From Octopus bimaculoides (lineage: Eukaryota), in assembly GCF_001194135.2 (NCBI RefSeq), contig NC_068984.1, positions 51,998,360 through 52,051,611 on the forward strand: DNA of 53,252 nucleotides. The letters are read 5' to 3'. This document shows positions 37,712-51,309 of this stretch, piece by piece. Positions within the stretch are counted from its first letter, which is position 1; each line of letters begins with the position of its first letter. The notes under the pieces are model-generated. The model saw only the letters and a list, made by a program, of their open reading frames with translations. It did not search any database and was not told the DNA's origin. The translations under genes and the position numbers were made by a program.

Positions 37712-38584
37712 ATCGACCACTGAATTTGACTCGTACNNNNNNNNNNNNNNNNNNNNNNNNNNNNNNNNNNNNNNNNNNNNNNNNNNNNNNNNNNNNNNNN
37801 NNNNNNNNNNNNNNNNNNNNNNNNNNNNNNNNNNNNNNNNNNNNNNNNNNNNNNNNNNNNNNNNNNNNNNNNNNNNNNNNNNNNNNNNNNNNNNNNNNNN
37901 NNNNNNNNNNNNNNNNNNNNNNNNNNNNNNNNNNNNNNNNNNNNNNNNNNNNNNNNNNNNNNNNNNNNNNNNNNNNNNNNNNNNNNNNNNNNNNNNNNNN
38001 NNNNNNNNNNNNNNNNNNNNNNNNNNNNNNNNNNNNNNNNNNNNNNNNNNNNNNNNNNNNNNNNNNNNNNNNNNNNNNNNNNNNNNNNNNNNNNNNNNNN
38101 NNNNNNNNNNNNNNNNNNNNNNNNNNNNNNNNNNNNNNNNNNNNNNNNNNNNNNNNNNNNNNNNNNNNNNNNNNNNNNNNNNNNNNNNNNNNNNNNNNNN
38201 NNNNNNNNNNNNNNNNNNNNNNNNNNNNNNNNNNNNNNNNNNNNNNNNNNNNNNNNNNNNNNNNNNNNNNNNNNNNNNNNNNNNNNNNNNNNNNNNNNNN
38301 NNNNNNNNNNNNNNNNNNNNNNNNNNNNNNNNNNNNNNNNNNNNNNNNNNNNNNNNNNNNNNNNNNNNNNNNNNNNNNNNNNNNNNNNNNNNNNNNNNNN
38401 NNNNNNNNNNNNNNNNNNNNNNNNNNNNNNNNNNNNNNNNNNNNNNNNNNNNNNNNNNNNNNNNNNNNNNNNNNNNNNNTATATATATATATATATATAT
38501 ATATGTTATATACATATACAGACGTACTGTATGTTTGTGTATGTATACATGCATGAGTATGTGCATGTACGTGTGTCTTTACAC

Positions 38585-38715
38585 ACAACAAGTTTCTGCA
38601 CAGTCTCTGATAACCAAATTTCACTCACAAGGCATTGGTCAAACTGAGGTTATTATAAAATATAGTTGTCGAAGGTACCATTCCGTGGAATTGAACCCAG
38701 AGTATCTTTTTTTAA
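38585..38715 (-). mobile_element. SINE family B-related 5' fragment, diverged
   Basis: ACCAAATTTCACTCACAAGGCATTGGTC..GGAATTGAACCC. Confidence 0.7.
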
Positions 38716-40530
38716 CTACAAAGCAGCCACGATGCCATTTCTCAATGAACACGTCAATAAATCAAGATATATCGATTAACATACGTGATGGAAATTGAGA
38801 TAATGAAATACAATCGCATTCAGATTATTAGATTATTCGACAGCAATCAGAGGGATACGATGTTTATGATCTCGAACCAACGCAGTTGTTAATAGAAAAT
38901 TTATTTGGTACAAAGACTTTTAATATATTTATAACGCAGAACTTCTTCTCGGTTGCCTCCTTTATCTTATTAATGGTTCAAAGCATCACAGACCATTGAA
39001 GGTTTTTGACTGTTTATAGTAATTATGTCCTTTTTATTATATATTTTATCTTTTTTGGATATGAAGCTTCTGTATCAAACAAACAGAATTCATTATTTAG
39101 CCCTCTTATACAAGGCAACGCCCTCGACAGGATACAAACTTAGCAGCCAGTTAGGTTATCTATTCAGCAATTGCGATTTGCTTGTAATAGGAATAACGAT
39201 TTGCATCTGATTAAAATGCCTCCAATTGCGATGATGATGTTTGCCATTCAGTTACTACTGGCATATTATGTTTAGTAGTTTGCCAGTTGTCCCCATTCTA
39301 AAATCATAACTGTAGTTTGAAGGCGACAGAGCTAGTGAGGTCGAAATGCTTCCATTTGGATTAGAACTTTAATGTATACACACCAGATCCTCAAAGCTTC
39401 AACAACAAATGTTCGCACTTAAATTTTACTATTATGTTATTTTATCTCGTTTCTAATTCCCAGATCAACTGCGGTACATTTAGTTATTGATGCTAACTTC
39501 CTCTAATTATGTTTCCAAATAATACTAGATAATAAAAAATATCCGGACATACCGAAACAATATTATTAATTCCTTAGTATAAAAATAAAAACAAGTATTG
39601 GAATGTCAACTATGGCCGAGGACAATAAAACTAGATAGATAGGCAAAGTGACGGCAGAACCAATTTTGATAAATTACATCCGGGCTTTTGAATGTCAAAT
39701 TATTTGCTTCCAACTTGTAACTGACAGAAAAGTATTTCAGCAAATATATATTGTTTGCACTGCGTAAATTCTCTGATGTTACTATTTATTGAAGAGATAC
39801 AGCTCCGATATTACTGAAAATTGTTTCATTGTGTAGCTTATTGGTAAACTGCCAGTAATTCTACTGAAGGAAGTTTGATCATATTTGAACAGAATTAAAA
39901 TTTTACCTCCTCTTATCTGCTTAAAGTTAACCGTGAAAGTGGCTGTTAAATGCAAGGAAGTTTCAATCCACCAACGACGGCTTGCATTTTCGTACTCCGT
40001 CACTGGTGAAGACACACGACAATAAATGGCCCCGGTTAACTATCAATAATTGTAAATGAATAAGTATTGGAAAGATGCATTTTCTCGGTGTATAACTGAA
40101 CAACATTTCGTGTACTCTGAATCAAGAGTACTCTAATGAATATTCTATCTCTTTCTGTGGATTACTGCTAAGATAATGTGTACACAAACTATATAAGAAA
40201 AATCTACGACATCTATGTTTACTTCGCATGCTTTACGATTTCATTCACCTGCCCGTCGAGGCAAGGTATATTCAATGTAACGGTAAATAAATATTTTCTT
40301 CACAACTTCAGTCACTGTTCTTTCATCTTTACATAATGGCAATCAACGAAGAACCAATCCTTACAAGCTGATTACGACTCCAACATTTCATATTATTGTT
40401 TACTAATTAATATCTTCCGTTACAACTTGGTGACTCAACCGATACAAAATAAATCTTAATCGTTACATATATATCAACCAAAAGAAGGAAAAGAAATCGA
40501 CGATGTTGTTGTTTTTAACCTGTTGACCGA

Positions 40531-40647
40531 TTTAACACCATTGCTTGACACATTGGTGGCGTTAGGCAATGGTGTTAAAGCTTGCAACATAGTGGAATCT
40601 ATTAAAGACCCCTTGGTACCTTTAACAGAGTCCACTATGTTGCAAGC
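40531..40647. other. Two abutting inverted repeats (49-nt and 68-nt hairpins)
   Basis: Hairpin 1 (40531-40579): 14 Watson-Crick pairs plus 5 more including 2 G-U. Hairpin 2 (40580-40647): 28-bp stem with 26 Watson-Crick pairs and a 12-nt loop. Confidence 0.92.
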
Positions 40648-41149
40648 ATTCGGGCCTGGTTTCGGGTTAGAGGCTACATTCCTCCCTCCCTCCTACCGAT
40701 CTCGAAGCTTCTTCTCGACTAAAGCATAAAAAATAATGCCACTTCAGCTATCATCAAACAGGCCTATAATCTAAACCATCCCGCCGTAATCATACCTTTT
40801 TTTTTCAGAAAAAAACAGTATTCAGGACCACATTAGCCAGTATGTTCTTTTCCTCTTCAAGAGGGTAAGATATGAATTGAGGGCGATTTGGCTACTGTTT
40901 CCAGCAAGCGCAGCGATCGCGTAGAAGCTCAACAATTAGTTATCCACTCCAATGGAACAATAAAACCCGATAGGCCACTTTGTCAGGGTTGTGTTTCAGA
41001 AATGATTCTTACCAGGGGTCCCTGGAAGGAGCGAAGCCTAATCAATTTATAAGTTGGGCAATTGTCTACCACTTCACAAATTTCCGATATATTATACTAA
41101 ATCTTGTACGGAAAGGATGGTAAAGTTTAGATTTCTAATAACATCAAAA

Positions 41150-42170
41150 CAAGATAGAACATCAACAACAGTGCTTCAAAAAACACAGACAGTACAAAAT
41201 ATCAAAATTGCAATCTGCCATCTATAATACTCATCTAACTATTTTTGAATTGTATTTCTTAGAGAAAAGGAATAATATTGATCTTTGGTCAGTTATAATT
41301 GGGAATTTTGGAACCGTTCGTAAGATAAATCACAAGTGCATTGTGGTTTCTATTGTAGCAGCTGCTTCCTTTTCTATTATTGATTAATTTCGCTCAGTTG
41401 CAGAGAAGGATTTTGAATGAAGAAGCAATTGCTTTATCTTCTTGACTTAAAGTAGCTTCTTGTGCTTCGTCCAACACATTTATTTCAAGGATTATTACTG
41501 GATCATTTAAATCTGGGTCAGCTAAGGCATCTTTAATTAATTGGGACTCTGTCTAGTAAATTATGCCATGTTAATCTTACAATAATTGTGTTTATTCTGG
41601 CAAAGAATCCTTATAAACTGATCGGCTATTACGTTTGGCCATTTTAATTATCACAAAGTACTTTAACAGATTTTTATGTGTGTATGTATCAGTATTCTTT
41701 TCTCTATGTTCTTCTGTATAAATGGAACATTAATTCTAGGAAAAAGTGAAATTCCCATAATTCTACTGCATCTCAAATTACTTTGCTCATTTATAAAAGA
41801 GCCACATCATTAGATCACAAATAATAATGTTGTTGAATTAGTCAAAGTACCAGTATGGTAACTCTTTTATTAATAAGAACAGAGGTGGTACCATCAAAAG
41901 ACAAATGTCGAAACTCAGTTTACTGTAAGTTCCAACAGAAGTCGAAGATGTATCTCTTTGTCTGAGTGACACTTGATGATAGGCACTATTCATATTTATT
42001 GCGGATAAGTACTTAGTTTGAGCTACGTTTGGACTCTCGAGACTTAAGCATTTAATTTAGTATATCTGTTAATATTTCAGTTTACTATTGACCATAAAAC
42101 ACAGAATTCACTACGAACGTTTGGAATGTTCTGCTATACCCTTATCTAGCATGATTTTTTTTATAGCTAA
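41150..42170 (-). mobile_element. Gypsy LTR retrotransposon RT-RNase H remnant
   Basis: LDKGIAEHS, INRYTKLNA, NSAYHQV, FRHLSF, ATLSQEDKAIA, SIIEKEAAA, ITDQRS and FDILY in canonical order; no LTRs seen. Confidence 0.8.
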
Positions 42171-43238
42171 GTTGGGAAAAGAGGCAGTGCTCGTAATAGT
42201 TGGAGGTCTTCAGAGACTGGGAAGATAAGTCGACATCACCAAAATAAGAATAAATAAATAAAAATAAATAAAACGTCGGCAATGAGAGCTTTTCAGAGGA
42301 ATTTCCCTCTCTGTATGGAGGATAGATTGGTGAAATTAGTGCAATGTCTGAGGAGAATAAGACAAAGTAAGAATGGCGGACGGGTGTATCGAGCAGAGAA
42401 AGATGGTAAATAATTCTTTGTGAATATGGCTTTAGGACGAGGTTAGAGTTAGATTAGTTTTGTTTGCATCAACACTTGATGGTGCCTAGTTGTAGGATAA
42501 AAGTGTAACATATATTTTCAGTCAATCATAATTTAAATGAAAGTAGTTTTCCACTAATCTTAGATAATATACCTATTGCTGTCAATCGCCTGTGATCATG
42601 ACTGCTCTCATAATTATTCAACTGTCTCACATCGGACATCCTTCTGAATGAATATCTGAATATATAAGGATGGTTGCATGCAAGAATTTTCATTTTAAAA
42701 CTTCTCTAGCTTTTTTTAAGTTACTAGCGACAATCTGCTACAAAGCTGAAATTGTTTCTCATCAGCAAAAACATGTCATTGCACATCTGAGTTGTGATTT
42801 CTGCGCTGGTTGCCAAAACATGCTAAAAGTTTCAATCAAAAATTCGCTCTCAATGTGGCATGCTTTCAAATTAGGGTTATTTTTCTTAGTCATGAAGGGT
42901 TCTAACGAGAACTTACACCCTAGGGCAATGCTTCAGTTATGCAAGGCTGGAGCAGGCCTTTAACTTCGCAAGGCTTTATATACCAGCATACCAAAAATTA
43001 TCTACCTAATACATTTATGAATGAAGCAACGAGATTTTTGCAATCAAACACCTTTGAATTTCCGTAATGGATTTTCCCTCAAAGCTATGTTTGCGATGGG
43101 CCAACAGTTGTGAACTTTGAATAGTTTACTATTGTCATTATACTCTTATGTAATGGATATGGAATAAGTTTCTACTGCTTAAATTTAGACCACCTTTGAC
43201 TGATCAAATGAAGGTTCCTTAACATTTTGCATTTTTTT

Positions 43239-43478
43239 AAGGCGGCGAGCTGGAAGAAACGTTTGCATGTCGGGCGAAATGCTTAGCGGTATTTCGTCTG
43301 CCGTTACGTTCTGAGTTCAAATTCCGCCGAGGTCGACTTTGCCTTTAACCCTTTCGGGGTCGATAAATTAAGTACCAGTTACGCACTGGGGTCGATGTAA
43401 TCGACTTAATCCCTTTTTCTATCCTTGTTTGTCCCCTCTAAGTTTAGCCCCTTGTGGGCAATAAAGAAATAAGAAACG
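43239..43478 (+). mobile_element. SINE family A (tail variant TTTAGCCCCTTGTGGGCAATAAAG)
   Basis: Consensus-like head and core with a different 3' tail. Confidence 0.92.
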
Positions 43479-43676
43479 TTACTGGGCCGGGGAAAATGTT
43501 TAGCGGTATTTCTTCCGACTTTACGTTCTGAGTTCAAATGTCGCCAAGGTCGACTTTGCCTTCTATCCCTTTTGGGGGCCGATAAAATAAGTACCACTTG
43601 AGCACTGGGATAAATGTAATCGACTTAACTTCTACCCCGAAATTGTTGGCCTTGTGCCAAAATTTGAAACCAATAT
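43479..43676 (+). mobile_element. SINE family A, 5'-truncated, tandem
   Basis: Begins immediately after the previous copy; standard tail. Confidence 0.92.
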
Positions 43677-44884
43677 TTCGCATTTTCAAGATTTGAGAAT
43701 TAAAGCTTGCGAGGCGATATTCTGCAGTAGAGACACAACTCCCTTTTACCTGGGTGAACTGAAGCAATCGGAAATGAAGTCCAAGGACATAACGCACATT
43801 CCAGTCCATGAATCGAACTCACGATTTCTGTTAAATTGATCAACACCACAGAAGACCCAACATTGATGACATGATAATATAGTCGCTGATTTGGCTGATG
43901 TATCTCATTTCTAAATGTTTTAATTTTAGCTTTTATCACTATGAGAAGGATTTATTTGATTAGCAGAACAAATATAAATAGAAAAAACAAAACAAAAAAA
44001 GACAAAAACAAAACAAACAAAAAAAGACAAAAACAAAAACGACTCAAGTCTTCAGGTTTCCACATCATTATAAGAGACCCAAATGATAGATAAATTTCTT
44101 TAACACTTCTTTGATAAGAAATCATCAGGAAATATTCTACAATATTTTATCTTCCCCAGCATATCTACTGCTGTCACCAAAATGATGTAACTTCTGTAGT
44201 CAGACATTGAAGTAATAAACTGAATAAAATTATGAAGTATCATAAATTTCTAAGCTTTTATTCAATATAAAGTGTTAACTTTGTTATCCTAAATAAAGTA
44301 GATTGCGGTGCAATCGGAAACGGAACTTTTGCAACGGAAAATAAAACATTGACATGTTCAATAGCATAATACTGGGATGAAATCTTTCTACGAGATGAAA
44401 TGTGCGACTACTGACATAATGGTGCAAGTATTTCTTAATCGCATTCTTAATCGAAAAGTGGAATAAGCTGTGTCTGTAATGCCTTCAGGTAAACGGCAGC
44501 GAATTAAGTATAAAGTTGAAAGCTGTCTGTAGTAGAAGGACGTAGTGAGTGAAGAAATTTAAATTGTTTATAATTGAGAATCACTGTAAGTTCCTCCAAT
44601 ATTTTATTTACTCATCACGTCACTACAGAAACGAAAGTGGTAGCATTCATAACTTTTAATATATTTTTTTAAGTAACCAACGCTAGTATATCACTTCATT
44701 TTCCGCTTTAACTGTTTCTTGTCTATATCGTGTTGAGAAAACAATACTTTAAGTCAATAACAATATGGTTGAGCAGAAAAAAAAAACGCATCAGTAAAGC
44801 GTTCAGAATACTAAATACAAATACGGTGGGGCCTCACATATGTAGTGGAAAAAATATTGATTAGCAACACAGGTAGTATTAATA

Positions 44885-45194
44885 CCGAGGGGTAATATTT
44901 ACTCCCTCTTAAACATGAGTGTTCTGTTAGAACAAGTTATACTTTATTATTCATAAGTGTATTATGAGAGAAACTTTCATATTAGCTTTTAGTGCAAAAT
45001 GCACTCCCGTTTATATCGTTTGCTGGTAGATAAACCCTCGCCATTTCCAGTACCGAGACCCTGCTAGCGATATAAACAAGAGTGTATTTTGCATCAAAAA
45101 ACTAATATGAGGGTTCCTCTCATGATAACTACCGCAATATAATTTGTTCTAATAGAAAATCCCTGTTTAGGTGGGGATAAATATTACCTCTCGG
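44885..45194. mobile_element. 310-bp foldback MITE with TA flanks (Tc1/mariner-type)
   Basis: TA-CCGAGGGGTAATATTTA ... TAAATATTACCTCTCGG-TA; arms of ~135 bp are collinear with roughly three-quarters identity by eye. Confidence 0.88.
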
Positions 45195-45949
45195 TAATAT
45201 AGTGGGTTTAGAAATTAAATCAAGTGAAATTATCAAAGCAAGTAGAAGACTAAAGCTTCCTCTGTGGAAGGTGAAAATCTAAAACAACAAACAAGAGACA
45301 TAAATCCAATGAATTTAGTTAACTGAAATTTTTGAAAACTGTAGACAGTACGGATGAGAATGAATCTGGTCTTTAAAGCCGGCCAAAGAAAGCAATGCGC
45401 CCTTTGCTACTCGCGGTCAGCTTTAAAGAGAGCTTGACAAAAACTATTTAGGATTACTTAATGCACAAGTTTCTATGTACATACCGGGAGTAGAACTAAA
45501 CCTGGAACATTATTTTATCAATATTTCACTGTTATACTTACAGATTATATTTACAAAGTGTGTGCTCGCTAGTTAGTTTCTTTTCCTGCAAACGCTAGCA
45601 TTGAAGCGAAAACGAGAAAACCAGACATAGATATATATGGCAGTATTTCCCTCCCTCTATTTGTCTGTCTCTCTGTCTCTCTCACGCTCGCTCTGTCCAT
45701 TCCCCTAAAAAGGTGATAGCTCTGATATTATTGATTCTTCCCTTGATTACTATTTCCAACCAGAGTGTTGTTGTTACCCGTCATATATTACATTATACTG
45801 AGAACACTTATCACTGTTGTTAGCATCACGTAATATTACTTTTGTAATTGTTTAATATAACATTTCTGCTCTTGATAACGTATTTATTGAAAATATACAA
45901 ATGAGAAATTTGTTTAATTTAATTTAATTTTAGTGTAATAAATATCTTC

Positions 45950-46201
45950 TATACTTTATTTGCTTCGGTCATTAGACTGTGGTCATGCTGGGGCACCACT
46001 CTGAATAATCTTTAGTCGAATGAATCGACCCCTGTACTTAATTTTGTTAAGTCTGATACTTATTCTGTTGTTCTCTTTTGACGAGCCGTTACGGTACAAG
46101 AGCGTAAACACACCAGCACCGGTTGTCAAGCGGTGGTGGTGGACAGAAGCACGCACAAACAAACATGCACATACGCACGCACGCACACACGCACGTACGC
46201 A

Positions 46202-46264
<63 letters not shown>

Positions 46265-46420
46265 ATATGACGGGCTTCTTTCAGTTTCCGTCTACCAAAT
46301 CTACTCACAAGGCTATGGTCGGCGGGACGCTATAGCAGAAGTCACTCGTCCAAGGTGTCACGCAATGGGGCTGAACCCTGAACCATGTCGCTGGAAAACA
46401 ACCTTCTTACTACACAGCGT
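45950..46420 (-). mobile_element. SINE family B with internal (CA)n
   Basis: Both modules present; CA tract at ~46205-46262. Confidence 0.88.
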
Positions 46421-47944
46421 GTGAAAATTAATATCTACTTCATTAGTATTCATTCACCATGAAATTTGAGAAAAATAAAATTATAATCTTAGAAATATTG
46501 CATTTCTAAATCTCTCAGAGAGACTTACGCAGTAGCAACACGATAAAGTGATGGTATGTTGCCAACTTAATGTGGCAGTCCCAGGAAAGGGACGAATGCT
46601 ACTGCTATTTAGCCCCGGGAAACATCGTTTCCAGTTGTCTACGTGACACAAGCATTCTGTGTCCTTAAGTTTTTAAACAGGGGAGATAAATTATAATCAT
46701 TATACATATAATCCTTATACGTGCGTAGCATTATCTGATATTACCCACAACAGCAAAAGTATATCCCAATAGTATCCGACATATGACACGTGTAGACTCT
46801 TGATATAATCTTTATTCAGATGAACAGAGATTAAATTCTGATGAAAAGGAGCTGGTAATGATAGTTGCTTGAGTTCGGGAACTTTACAGTTGCCCTGTTT
46901 GCCGGTGTATAAGACTCGCTCTAACAGAAGACAAACCCTTACATTTCTGTGGAAAAAAAGTATATTTAGTGGCAAAAAACAAATTTAGTACGTTTCATCA
47001 TATACTCATACGCGCATACACTCAGTATCTCATCCTTAATACGGTCGCATTAGACGTATAGCAAGGTTTTGTTACAGTTAAGAATGCACATCTTATACAC
47101 TAGCATATATTGTAAGTGAACTCGAACAAATGAGAATGTGAAAACAGAATATGAAACAACAAAGACTCTAGGAACAAATGGTCGCTTCTAAATGGCATGG
47201 TGGAAAGATTTTATTTCTTTTCTTATAAGTGGGAATATTTAGTTGTGTGTGTGTGTGTGTGTGTGTGTAGGGGGGGGGGCAATGTAGATTCAAGTGGGGT
47301 TGAGAATAAATTAGAGTTTGACACTTTGGTGACATTATATTCAAAGAGGGATTCCATTAACGCTTTATTCAAAACACAAGATGGATTTTTTTCTGAAGCC
47401 AGCCGCAGTTTCAATGAAAGGTTTGACATTAATGGTTCCTGTGATTTTAGGAATGTCTCTGAAATGTTATGTAATATATTTATTCTTTACCAACACATAA
47501 TACCACAAATTTACGTATTATTATGTATGTATTCATATGTATGCATTTTGTATATATGAATGCATTTTGTATGTATATTTGTATTCATTTATGAGTATGT
47601 GTATGCATACTTGTATGTATGTAGCCATTTATGTACGTACATATCTATATATGTATTTATGAATGTGTGTGTGTATACGTGTGTGTTTGTGTGTACATAC
47701 ATACATATATACATGTATGTATGTGAGTGGGTAGGTAGGTACTAGAGGTTCTTCTCTTAAAGTTAGGAGGTTTATTTTCATCAGGAGGGGTGTGGAGCAC
47801 GCTCAGTCCGTCCCCAGTCTTGCTAAACTTCGTTTCTAGTCGATCTACACATCTCAAATCCACCGTCGCTGCCCGTACGGGTCTTGAATTCGCCGTAAGA
47901 TGTAGGGGTCTCGTTAGTTTCACTCGGCAGGGATCGTAGGTGTG

Positions 47945-48690
47945 AGGAAGATGTAGTATAGTTTCGAGTCCAAGTCCAACGTGACACTCAAAAAGTTGGC
48001 TTTCCTGTTGAAGATCTCAAAGGAGAGATGTTAAATCATGATGAAAACTCAAAAGCGCTTCGTCAGCTTCTCCAGTTCTGAACTTAGGGAGAGCATTGTT
48101 CCATTACAATCTTCCCCTTTATGTTCGGAAAGTTCCCTTTAAGTTTGTGAAACAAAAAAGAATCCGACCAGGTCCGTGACCTGGGCGGAATCAGAAGATC
48201 CCTTAGCTACATCAAGCTGTTCCTATCTGGACTGTTTGGGAGTAGAGCTAGTCTTGGACTGAGATAAAAGTCCTCCTCGCTAAAAGGATAAGGTTGTACC
48301 CAGTCCTTTGATATATCTATAATATTTCTAGAAAAATAACGGCCTGGCTGAGTAAAATAAGGGAGATCCACGGGTGGTCGTTCTCGATATAAACTGCACA
48401 AAATAAGCGCTACCTTTGTTAGAGAGGTTCTCAAACCAAGATACAACTTTGATGGTACATCCCGATAATAGAGGTCAGCATGTCACCTAACTAAGGGAAT
48501 GACCCTGTCTGATATCTTTTTACTAATGTGTTTAAAGTCAGACTTAAAGGAGCTAACGTATCTAATGCAAGGACTAGCAAAGAAATCAGGCTTATAGTGC
48601 TTAAGAAGGAAACAGAGCATCCTGGGATTTTACAGTTCCCTCTTCGCTTCATCCTCCTTTGTCAATGATTCTTTCTCTTTCACTGTGTGC
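47945..48690 (-). mobile_element. Penelope-like RT remnant
   Basis: LKHYKPDFFASPCIRYVSSFKSDFKHISKKISDR, VVSWFENLSNKGSAYFVQF/IENDHPWIS, DVAKGSSDSAQVTDLVG, degenerate YRDDGL (L*WNNAL) and KANFLSVTLDL. Confidence 0.88.
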
Positions 48691-48896
48691 GTGTATCTGT
48701 GTAGCGTTCATCTACTCATTGCCCGCCACTAAGGCTACCATATGTACTTATCTTGCACTTCTTACATGAACTCTCTCTCTCTGTATCTCTTTTCTTCTCT
48801 CTCAATACAATATAAAGCGTGACAGGAGAATCAATCAATGAATCAACCAATATTTCTATCGAGTATTATTATTACATAGAATTACACACGCGCACG

Positions 48897-48937
<41 letters not shown>

Positions 48938-49244
48938 TTATACATATGTATAGACATATATATATATATCTACGAACACACACTCGCACACACACATACA
49001 CACACACTTCTGTGTGCGTATGTGTGATGTTACGTCTGTGCGTGGATTCATCTGCATTTGTTTAGACTTTGTGTTGTATCACTTTATGCACTTCAACATG
49101 TTGGCTCAACAAGTGGAGAACACTGAATTGGGTATCAGATTGAAATACTACGACCAATGTGATCGATTTAAACCTTTCAGCAGGTGCCCTAGGATTTGGC
49201 CTGAAGTCATTTACTTCATACTCTTAAACACACAATCTTGAGAA

Positions 49245-49364
49245 ATTATTATTGGTATAAATGTAAATTTGCAATCCGGATATAGAAGCTGGGGTTTTCG
49301 AAGCAGTTGGCCAAAATTATCTTCTTTCTCGTTGATTTTCAAAGAGATATTCACATCAGCAGGA
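49245..49364 (-). repeat. 120-bp inverted copy of 50070-50189
   Basis: 118/120 identity by direct comparison. Confidence 0.97.
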
Positions 49365-49450
49365 AGAAGGCTGATTCGAAGACTACAATCAAAGCCATCA
49401 CTGGAACTGTAAAAATCTGTAAAACTTTCCAGAAGTTTATCATTTAAATA
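49365..49450 (+). mobile_element. 3' end of an RLE-type retrotransposon ORF
   Basis: LIRRLQ..AITGTVKICKTFQKFII*, homologous to but distinct from the C-terminus at 50260-50345. Confidence 0.7.
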
Positions 49451-49699
49451 TATATGTGCATTCAAGTATATGCATGAGAAGACATACATAAAACGAAACA
49501 TACAAATCTGCACATATAGATACATACATACAAAAATACCATGTTGATGTTGTTGAAATCCTAATGAAGGAGCATTGAATCTAAGTTAAAAGACCGGCTC
49601 TTTCTCTATTGGCAAGAAATTTTGAAATAAGACTGAATAATGACATACATACATACATACATACATACATACATACATGCATGCATAAACAAAATAGAT

Positions 49700-50345
49700 A
49701 GTGAAACCCTTGGAGTTCCAAGATGCAACCGAAAATGCAGATTAGGTCATATTTCTGTGGAATACATTACACGTGCTTAACAGCTAGCCAAAAATATCAT
49801 CAAGGTACTACCTCCCTATGCGAAACGACGTTGTTGCAAAAACAATATCCAATGCCATCTGAAAAAATGACTGTCCTGAAATAAATATAGATAAACGCCC
49901 TGAAATAAATTTAGAGACTCCTCCTGTTATTGAATACGTACACAAATATCTGCACAAGGAATACTAATGGAACATTCCCGTCAAAACATTTGTCAAGAGT
50001 AAGCATAATAAACCAGATCTTGTAGCTTGAGACGGACAAAAAAGTATGTACCGTCATAGAGGTCAGTTGTCCTGCTGATGTGAATATCTCATTGAAAATC
50101 AACGAGAAAGAAGATAACTTTGGCCAACTGCTTCGAAAACCCCAGCTTCTATATCCGGATTGCAAATTTACATTTATACCAATAATAATGGAGCACTTGG
50201 TTTTGTAAGTAAATGCCTAACTATCAGTCTGGATAAACTTTGATTTTTCAGCAAAAGAAATCAACCAACTGACTCACACATTACAAATACAATCTAAGCG
50301 GTACAGTGAAACTACTCAAGACTTTTATCAGGTTTAAAATATGAC
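49700..50345 (+). mobile_element. RLE-type non-LTR retrotransposon 3' fragment (R4/NeSL-like; clade unresolved)
   Basis: KCRL.., SRYYLPMRNDVVAK, WNIPVKT..KHNKPDLV, CTVIEVSCPADVNISLKINEKEDNFG, FIPII/GALGFV and GTVKLLKTFIRFKI*. Confidence 0.88.
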
Positions 50346-50676
50346 ATCGTTTTTGTTATCTACATTCCAACGATGAAGCTTTGTACATTTGTTAGAAACC
50401 AGCTCCTTCTTCAAAGGAAGAATTAAAATGATTATAAACAGAAAAGAACACACATAATATATATATATATNNNNNNNNNNNNNNNNNNNNNNNNNNNNNN
50501 NNNNNNNNNNNNNNNNNNNNNNNNNNNNNNNNNNNNNNNNNNNNNNNNNNNNNNNNNNNNNNNNNNNNNNNNNNNNNNNNNNNNNNNNNNNNNNNNNNAT
50601 ATATAATACCCACACATACGTACATACACACATATGCATTTAATTATGTATGTATGTATGTATATCATATATGAAG

Positions 50677-50711
<35 letters not shown>

Positions 50712-51309
50712 TGCGCATTTTTGTGATGTTCAAAACTATTTTTAAAATATCCTAGATAATTTGAACAGCCACTATAATCTTAACGCTACTTTGTTGATAA
50801 AATATAGACCAAGAATCCTGTACAAGATATCGTAATCCTTCAGTTTGTTTTATCAGTGTTCAGTCAAGAAGAAGGTGTAATATACACGATGTTAAAAATG
50901 AAGTTTGGTATGGAGTACACGGAATTTCGAGGAGTTAAGTGATATCTGAGTGGAGTGAGAGTGGAAATATATTACTAAGTATGAATTAGAATACTTAGCA
51001 AATGTTATAAATCCAGATAACTTTCCTAGTCTCACTCTCTCACTTTGAAGTTAAAGAAAATTTAAATTAAAGTTACTTCCATCTCATTTTTCCTACAACA
51101 GTCAAACTCACATAAAAAAAACAAACTTCGTACATAGTGACTCACGCGTACACACATACATATCTATAAATTGCGGTAATCTTTTTTTCTTTATTACTTG
51201 TTTCAGTCATCGAAATGCGGATATACTGAAGCACCTCTTCAAGAGTTTTATTTCCATTATGTGTGTGCGCGCGCGCGTGTGTGTGAGGAAACAATAAAGT
51301 TCAAACTAG

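Noticed and set aside
42600-42950. Possible Tc1 remnant (HVFADEKQF, minus strand)
   Set aside because: A single short motif with no TIRs; too weak to call.
47280-47480. Non-repetitive stretch open on both strands (..NKLEFDTLVTLYSKRDS..)
   Set aside because: No recognisable domain and no convincing splice-site pair; cannot be supported without RNA-seq or a homology search.
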